From assembly GCF_009914755.1 (NCBI RefSeq), contig NC_060928.1: a DNA stretch of 64,000 bases. One strand, given 5' to 3'. This DNA comes from the human T2T-CHM13v2.0 reference genome, Homo sapiens. The position numbers and the translations under genes were made by a program. The notes beneath the pieces were generated by a model. That model was not told where the DNA came from and made no database searches. It saw only the letters and a program-made list of their open reading frames with translations. Numbering within the stretch: position 1 is the stretch's first letter; each line of letters begins with the position of its first letter. Shown here piece after piece: positions 55,677-64,000 of this stretch.

Positions 55677-58600
55677 CTATTTGTTCAATAAATCATTATT
55701 AAATGCAAAAAGCAATATCATCAATGTCTCTAATCATTATTAGATACAAAAAGCAATATTAGATACCAAAATCATATCTAACTGAGTGATTAATAAGTGT
55801 AGAAGAGAAGAACCAACTTGAAAGTGAATGAAGAGAACTCATGTAGAAACTGCTAAGTTCATGGTCTACCAACATGTTCTTTGCTTGGAAGGCTTGCCTT
55901 ACACCACATCGCCACGTATTGTTTTATATTAAAGTCTTAAAAGCACTTTCATTTGATCCTTTTCAAATCTCAGTGAACTTGGTATACAGGTATATTTATC
56001 TTGGTATACAGGTATAAACTCAAAAGTCAGAGAGTTAAAATAACTTGTTCTATGACATAGATGTATCATGTCAGAATAAGAGCAAGAACCCAAATTTCTT
56101 GCTATGAATCCATTGCTCTTCCCGTTATTCACAAGCAATCTGAAACTGCTTATTTTAATGTGTTTTCCTGTGGAATGAAGTCTCTTGTACTGGTGTGTTA
56201 CTGGTTATCTATATTCCAAGTATTATGTTCTGTCTCCCCAGCATGATCATGAGTTATATTAGGGTAGGCACTTTGTCCTATACCTTTCTTCTAGTTAATA
56301 TGGAATTTTGTAGATCCTCAATAAATAGCTATTGAAGATTAGATTAAATGGCATTATATCTGCAATCCATTTGTCCACACGCTCTCATCTTTGAACATCT
56401 CAACTCCCTCATTCACCTTCAGGCATAGGCATTACACAGCTAAATCTGGTGTTAGGTTATGCTAATGATGTGGAACATGAAAAGTACACTCTGCAGTCTC
56501 CAAATGACAGGACAGAAAAGAATGGGTTATGGTTTGATTTATACAGTGCCCTTAGCTAGACCACACATGCTATCTTTCTAAGCACCTAGATTATAAAGCA
56601 CAGGCGTGGAAAATTCAGAGACAGCCATACATCAGTGGGGATGACTATACTCCCCTACCGGACCAGTTAAAGGAAAATATATCTGTGTATTATATTACCT
56701 TTTAGAGTAACCATGATAACTCTGTGGAAAGTTACATTTCTTATATGATCTTTGGTTAAATATCACATTTCAATGTCTTCATAGTCATTCTTACAACATT
56801 GTAAAAATGAATCCTCATTTTTTTTTGGACAATACATCTTTGTGAAAGAAACTAGCATAGGGTTTTGGAGCCTTCTCAGTACTGGGGAATAAATAAATAT
56901 ACTCCAAGGATCAAGGAAGATACCTTTACCTTTCATCATTTTCTACCCCAACTGTGTTTCAGCAACATTATACATTATAGTCTTTTAAACCTTATAACCA
57001 GCCTTTGCTAATTATGCCTCTTTTCTTTGGAATATTTTCTCTAGGGTATTTCTTTCTTATACTTAAAGTCTCACTATAGGATTTTAATCCCCTTGTAAGG
57101 CTTTCCAGCCCTCCTCTCTCCTCCTAGTATATTTTCTGTGTATATCTTTAGCATGTCTTGTGTTAAAATTATCTCTTCATGTCTCTGTTTTTTCCACTAG
57201 ATATGATCTTTTTGGAGGCTGTGGTAGTACCATGTTCATCATTATATCCAAAGCAGTTAGTACATAACTTACCACAACTGCCAACAATTCCTGAATTTAA
57301 AGGGGATAGTTAATTATTTAATAAAAGCTTGCCATAGCAGTTGTGAAGACTAAATGGGAAAATGCAGATAAATAAATAAATGTTACTGGTGATAAAGCTA
57401 AATGTACAATTAGCAGATGGAATAGAGAACATTTGGTGATTCCTTTAATATTGTAAAGAAGAGGGAGGAGTCAAGTTTAACTTCATACTTTCTGATCTGG
57501 ATAAATAATAATGTGTGATTCCACTGCCCAAGGTGAGGCGCCTAGATGGAGCTATACATGTGCCGTGCAGCTGAGGAGTGATGCCTGTGTGACATCTGAG
57601 AAAGTACCGGGTTTAGATGGAAATGTGTCATTATCAGAGTTCAGTAATGTGATTTGCATTCACTTCTCATTCTGCCTGAAAAGTCTTTCCTCCCACTCTT
57701 CATTTTGGTAATTGCTGCCTGTTTTCAAAATTCGATCTGGGTCCCCATCCTCTGGGGAGCCTTGCCTAACTTGCGAATTAGATTCAAGTTCTCTCCTGCG
57801 AACATATCTTACCTCTCTCTCTGGCATAGGACTCATCATATCACACTGTCTCGGAGGAGATTCTCAACACTTATTCATTTATTTTTCAATAAAGACGTAT
57901 GGAATCAATAAAACTGATCTCTATAAAAAGAAAATAAATTGTTTAGTTCCACCACACCAAAAATTAGCCTTCACTGTAAAAATAGACAAGAAACAATATA
58001 CGCCAACAACCCAGAAAGCGCAATCTTTATTAAGGCCAGATGAATTTTCTTTTCTTTCTCAAATCAAGGCCTGCTACAGCAAACATTAGAGAAGATATCA
58101 TTTTACTTTTAATTTGTATTCCCAATTTCAGAATTACAAGAGTTAAATCTTCTTCAGATGATGGTAAACTGAATTTGTTCTCCATTGATTTTTTTTTAAA
58201 TAAGGATTCCTGCTTGGGGGTTTCATTCAGTTGGTTGGAAGGAAATCCAGGACTCCAAAATCATGTAAAGCTTCTAACATTAAGAAAAATGTTGGCCTTC
58301 ACTTGAGGAAGCAACCCTTGTAGAAAGAAAATGTCGAAAATAAATCTCTTTAAAGTGACACTCAGTAAAAGGTATTGCCCAGTCTGGACATGAAAATTTC
58401 AGTCACTTTCTCAGGTCTACTGTCTGGTTTCAACACCTTTCAATAAGAGGCTAGGAGACTTTGGGAAGAAAAATAAACTACTTATGAGAATTGGACAGTC
58501 ATTTAAACCATATACATTTTACCATCCAGCTACATAAAGGTTTTTGGATGTACTAAGTGTAAGTAACACATTATAGGGATTTAAGGTAAACGCCCTTCTT

Positions 58601-59836
58601 TTTTTAAAAAAAAAGTTCAGTAAATATTTCTGGGTAATTGACTGCTCCATAATGCTTTAGATTTATTTTCCTTTATTTTAGTTTTATGTTTCCCACTGAG
58701 GGTGATTCTAACATTTACACTCCATACTTACGTAGCAGTGATAAGAATCCTATAATACATATCATATAATTCAAATATATTGCATATTGCAGAGCCTAGC
58801 CCAAAGTAGATATTCAACAAATATTCTTTCCTACACATTTCTAAGGCCCCTTTGATACAGAAGTGACTACTTTGTGAATGCGATAAAGTACTAATTTAGT
58901 TTTATTAAGCATGTTTTCACACAGTATTTTTTCTTCCATTTTAGTACCACTATAGAGTGTAATTGAGAACAGTTAAGCTGTAACCATCCTGGAGATCTAT
59001 ATATCTGCCAGTTATCGATCCAGCCTTATAAAAAGGTGCAGAAAGAGAGCCTAAATTGTGCTGAGCAAGTGGATTTTTTTTTAGACACAATCGCATTTCT
59101 TTGACGAGGGCCTCTGGTACAGTAATTACTTTTCTTCAAAGGAACTCCTTAGCCCATCACAATGGCAACAGACCTAATAAAGCCAAATGCATCCCCGAAG
59201 TTATTGGAGCTGATCTTCTAGGCGATAGAAGCTATTTCCTTTAGTGTGAAAAGGAACACATCTCTGGCCTTTACTTCCTTTTTATAAAATTCAAATGGAG
59301 TTGCATTTTGCTACCAAACCCTGCATGCTCTGTCTCCTCTGCATATTTTTAAGTGTACTTACAAGTTATTCAATTTTCAAGTAAATTACCCATTGGATTT
59401 TAATTTGTCATCATTGCCATTTAGGGGGCTAAAAATGTCTTAGACTACCTCACCAACTGGATAAGATTGCAGACAAGAGGTACGGGAATCTTTCCACCAC
59501 GTTACTAGTGGAGGCAGTGTTGCAACTAGGAACTCCAAAATGCCCATATCTCTGTGTAGGGCCCTGGGCTCCACCTGCTATGGAGGCTAATGCTAGGAAA
59601 GGAACTTGGCCTACTTGAGGTAAAAGTTTGAAGTGTTTTTCAGGCTTGTCAAGGCCAAAACTAGAGTGAAGTCAAGTGAAGCAACTAAGTAAGTTTCAGT
59701 ATTTAAAAAGGCTTTCCTCCCCAGGTCACAAAAGTGCCTCACTTAGCTTACCATTGTCCTCACCAACTTGTCAAGCTTCTTTGTGTGTGATTAAGACAAT
59801 CAACAGTTGGTCATTTCAATCCAAAGTTTATCATAA

Positions 59837-60565
59837 TGATATGGACAGGAGACAGAGAAACACTGGGTAGAAGATGGTGGTTCCCTGGCAAAAGTCCTAC
59901 CCTCAAGCCTGGAGACCCATGGCCCCAAGTGGGAATAGGCATTTCTGTTTTTGCGCCCAAAAAGTTACCTTTTGGCCGGCCATGCCCCCTTATCCTGTAT
60001 CCATATAAACCCCGAACCCCAGGCTTCAGGAGCAGATGAGCAGACAAGGAGACAAAGAGACAAGCAGATGAAGGTCAGCATGGTGGTGCAGAGAAAGAGA
60101 AGAAGAGGAACATCTGAACACAGAGAGGAGTCTGGCTGCGGGTGGGTGGAGAGGGGTTTGGCCCGGGGAAGATAATCTTGCCACTCCATCCCCTTCCAGC
60201 TGCCCATCCATCCTACTAAGAGCCACCTCCACTGCTCAATAAAACCCCATATTCATCCTTTAAGTCTATGTGTGATCCAATTCTTCCAGGACACTGGACA
60301 AGAACTTGGGATACAGAAAGCTGTCACACTGCCCCTCTGCCCTTGCAGAAAGGCAGAGGGTCCACTAAGTTGGTTAACACTCAAGCCATCCATGGATGGC
60401 AAGACTAAAATGGCACACTGTGACACATGCCCACTTGGGCTCCTGCACCTGTCTGTCTGTGTGCTTCCCCTTCACAAGGGGTTGGAGCAGTGGCAGTGAC
60501 CAAACACACAAGCCACACCCCTGTCGCACATCCTGTGAGGGGGGTCAGGGAACTCTCCCATTTCA
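59837..60565 (+). mobile_element. LTR1-family ERV1 solo LTR
   Basis: tgatatggacaggagacag...gggaactctcccatttca; aataaa near 60238; perfect 4-bp TSD ataa. Confidence 0.88.
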
Positions 60566-60579
60566 ATAATGAATGTTAA

Positions 60580-60800
60580 TATTCATTTAAGTGTTCACTA
60601 TAAATCAATCTTTGTCGTAAGAGTTTTATGAGCTCATTTTAGCCTCCCTATAACACTATGACATAGGTACTAATAGTGTCTCCATTTTAAAGATGAGGAA
60701 ACTGAGGCACAGAGAAATAAAGTAACTTGTCAAAGATCTCACAAAGTTTAAGAAAGAGCTTAAATTGAAGAGCTGGGATTCAAAGCCATGTCGAATGACT
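60580..60800 (-). mobile_element. MIR
   Basis: ccattttaaagatgaggaaactgaggcacagaga...aagtaacttgtcaaag...gagctgggattcaaa. Confidence 0.88.
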
Positions 60801-60970
60801 CATTGCCATTTTAGAAGAAACTCCAAAGCATCTTTCCAGGCAAGCTGGAGGCACAGAGTGTCAGCCTGAGACCTGGGTTTGGTGCAATGTCATCTCAGGG
60901 CTTGTCTTTGGCTCAGGATGTATCTAAAAGAAATTGGAAAGACTATTCTGAAGAAGGTAGAATTGGGACT

Positions 60971-61352
60971 TGATTAGATTAATAGGGCTTTTATAACAAA
61001 ATACCACAGGTTTGGGGCTTACACAGCATAATTTTAATGTTTTACAGTTCTGGAGGCTAGAAGTTCAAGAGCATGGTCTCGTTAGGTTTGGTTTCACCTG
61101 AGGCCTCTCCCTTTAACTCATGGACAAGCACTTCTCATTGAAACCTTACAGGGTCTTTCCTCTGTGTGTGTGCACCTCTGGTGTCTCCTCTTCTTCTTAT
61201 AAAGACACCAGTGGTATTGATTAAGAGCTCCACCCTTATTACTTTGCTTCACTCTAATTACCTCTTTAAGGCCCTATCTCCAAATACTGTCACATAGGAA
61301 ATTAAGGCATCAACCTCTGAATTTGAAGAAAGATACAATTCAATCCACACCA
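60971..61352 (-). mobile_element. MLT1A-like solo LTR
   Basis: ataacaaaataccacagg...cagttctggaggctagaagttcaaga...cttataaagacaccagt...gatacaattcaatcca. Confidence 0.8.
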
Positions 61353-61394
61353 GGTACATAGAGGCAAGATGATTTATAGTATCCAAAGGAGAAA

Positions 61395-61730
61395 TGTCAG
61401 TCAGAATAGGCAAGGATCAGATGCAGTAACAAACAGTCTTCAAATCTTAATGAGTTAATACAATAACCATTTATTTATTGTTCATATCATAGGCAAAGTC
61501 TGGCTTAGCAGTGACTATGTTCATGGATTCTGGGAACCAGGATGTCAGAGACACATATATCTTGACACATGCTTCCATCAGTGTACAGAATGGTAAAAGA
61601 AAATCAGACAATTGTACACTGGTTTAAAGCTTTCAGCTTCCTTTAATATTTCAATGGCCAAAACAAAAAACACAGCTACGTTTAACTTGAAAAGAGGTAA
61701 AATACAATCCTACTACTGTATGCCTTGAGG
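61395..61730 (-). mobile_element. Old MLT1 (J/K/L-like) relic
   Basis: tcagtcagaataggc...atgcagtaacaaac...caaatcttaatg. Confidence 0.55.
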
Positions 61731-62939
61731 GATCACACAAATACTTTCTAGGCAGAGAAGCAAGTATCAGATCATCAGCGAAATATCTGTTATTGCTTTG
61801 GTGGACTGGGAGTGAAGGGACAGCTTTAGGGATGTAGGCTGTTTTAAATAGTTTTAATTTTTTTTCCTTTGGTTTCGTTTTGGTTTTGGTTTAGAGGAGC
61901 AGCTTAATTATTTTCTTTGCATACAAGATATTTCGCATTTCTGGCCATGCCCAGTAAAAGACATTAGCTTCTCCCTACCTCATAATTATAACTAAAAACA
62001 CCCATACCACCACCAAATTATCAAAAACCACTGAGGGAGTTGTGAGTTGGATGAACCTACAACTGGGATACAGTGTTGTAATTTAGTTATGTTCACTAAA
62101 TGTTCACTAAAGAGACTTACTTCTCAATTCCAGACCCCACATCTGTTTGTTGGTCAAAGCAACACAAAATTAACTCACAAAGCTTGCTCATTTTTTCATC
62201 ATGAGAAATAGGGATAGGGTGATGGAACTGTCATACTGTCCGCCAAGAGTCAAACACTAGAGTATAAATAATTCTGTAAGAAACATAAAATCAGGGAAAC
62301 CAATGGGAAGAAGAGAGAGAATACAGATCAAAGGAAAAAAAATAGGGTCTGGTATTGTCCTGGTATCTGCAGAATTTGCAGAAAGAATTTTGTTAAAATG
62401 CCTGTAGCATTTGAACTTAAGAAGAAAATATTAATTGCAACAAATCATAAATACCACAATTTGCAGAAACCACATGGAAATACTCAGCTGAGTGTGCTAC
62501 GGTTTGCAAACATAAAGTTAAAAACATATTGGTCTTGCTGACTAAGGCCAACACCACAACTATTGAAATACACTGATTTTAATACCTCATTTCACTGTAA
62601 TTTTGCAGCAGTAAAATACATTTGTAATTATGTAGCTTCAAGCATTTCTTATGGAAAATTACTTTTCCTTAACATAATGACCTTTTAAGTTGTGGTATTG
62701 CTTCACTGTAATTCCAAAACTATTTATACCACTTACAGTTAGTGCCATATGATTTAGAGCTCCTATTTTATGGCCACCTTCTTCATTACTATTTTGTTGT
62801 ATAAATATTTCTTTTTTAATATTATTTTTTAAATGCTAGTATAAGTATGGCAAAGGAGAAAGCAAAATTAATATTGTTTTTATTTCTATATATTTTAAAA
62901 GGTAAAAAGAACAGAAATTCAGAAAATATTTTTTAAATA

Positions 62940-63385
62940 AAGAATATTTAGGCAGTTTAAAAATTAATATGTTAAACACCAACACGACATCTTTTCTGTA
63001 TAAAAACAATAATCAGATAAGAATTTTAATGAAAGAAAAAGTCTCATATATGATAGCAACAAAAAAGATGTACTCTCTAGGATAGGTTTAACAGGAAATA
63101 TGCATGATTTATCTGAAAATACATTTTTCTAAAATTCTATTGAGAGACATAAATGAAGTTTTAAGTAATTTAATACTCTTGTATTAGAACTCAATACTGT
63201 GTAAGTTTTAATTCTCATAAAATTCATCTATAAATTCAGTGCAATACCAATTAAAACAATAGATTTCATTGAAAATAAATAGGGAATGATATCCAAAAAA
63301 TTATGAAAATAAAATTTTAAAAAGAACAATGTGTCAGACTAGCTATGGAAGTTTGTCATACAAATATAATAATTAATATGGTTTT
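62940..63385 (+). mobile_element. L1M ORF2 fragment
   Basis: aactcaatactgt...aaattcatctataaattcagtgcaataccaattaaaa. Confidence 0.65.
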
Positions 63386-63397
63386 CTACTGGATGAG

Positions 63398-63780
63398 TGT
63401 ATCAATCAGGATGGATTAGGATATGCTGTAGTAAAAAAGAGCCTCAACACCTTTGTAGCTACAACAAAGGTTTAGTTTTTTGCTCATTCTACAGTCTATT
63501 GAAGGTCACCTCTGAGCTCTGTCCATAAGTCCTGAGTCTAAGGTTCAGGCTGATGAAACAATATCATCATGAGCACTGCAGATTACCATGGCAGATGAAA
63601 GAGTGTGAAAGCATTTTGCATTAATAATGAAGTGTTCCAATACTTATCACTTCTGTTCACAACTCATTGGTCAGAAATGCTCCCATCTAATTACAAGGGG
63701 GTCTGGGAAATGGAATCTCACCAGGAGCCTGGAAGACAGAGAGCCAGAACTATTTGGTGGTCAACAGTAATGAATAACAC
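63398..63780 (-). mobile_element. Old MLT1 (J/K-like) LTR
   Basis: tgtatcaatcaggatggattagg.tatgctgtagtaa...cttctgttcacaactcattggtcagaa...acaagggggtctgggaaatg. Confidence 0.7.
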
Positions 63781-64000
63781 AATCTGATATAAGCAGATCA
63801 AAAAAGCAGGCAGTAGTATCCAAAGACAGGAAATATGAGAATGAAGATTCTTATAATGTTTGAAATACAATATTGAAATTTTGTGTTTGTGTGTGGACGA
63901 GGGGGTTGTGAATGTTTTACAGAAAGCTAATTATTTATTCAAGAAAGATTTACCTTTTTACCTTGCACCCACAATATGATTGGTGCTGTTACAGGTCCCA

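Noticed and set aside
55349-55702. ORF with repeated ADWSILQS units
   Set aside because: Translation of the LTR12 NF-Y repeat array on the antisense strand

Overview
AT-rich, CpG-poor primate (human-like, from AluY, L1PA2, MER11 and LTR12 content) intergenic or deep-intronic DNA, densely filled with transposon relics: Alus, L1s of many ages, L2/MIR, about a dozen solo LTRs and DNA-transposon MITEs. I see no intact cellular gene. The ORF track is noise apart from the L1 ORF2 C-terminus at 38293-38895. The one gene-like feature the track misses is a decayed C2H2 zinc-finger array on the minus strand (~33.9-34.3 kb) whose linkers recur at 83-84 bp. Other points of interest are an L1 with an extreme inversion/deletion, a MADE1 hairpin whose palindrome extends into its flank, and candidate LTR promoters or enhancers. 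I find no evidence for a wholly new biological system. Repeat subfamily names come from recalled consensus sequences and need Dfam/RepeatMasker confirmation.
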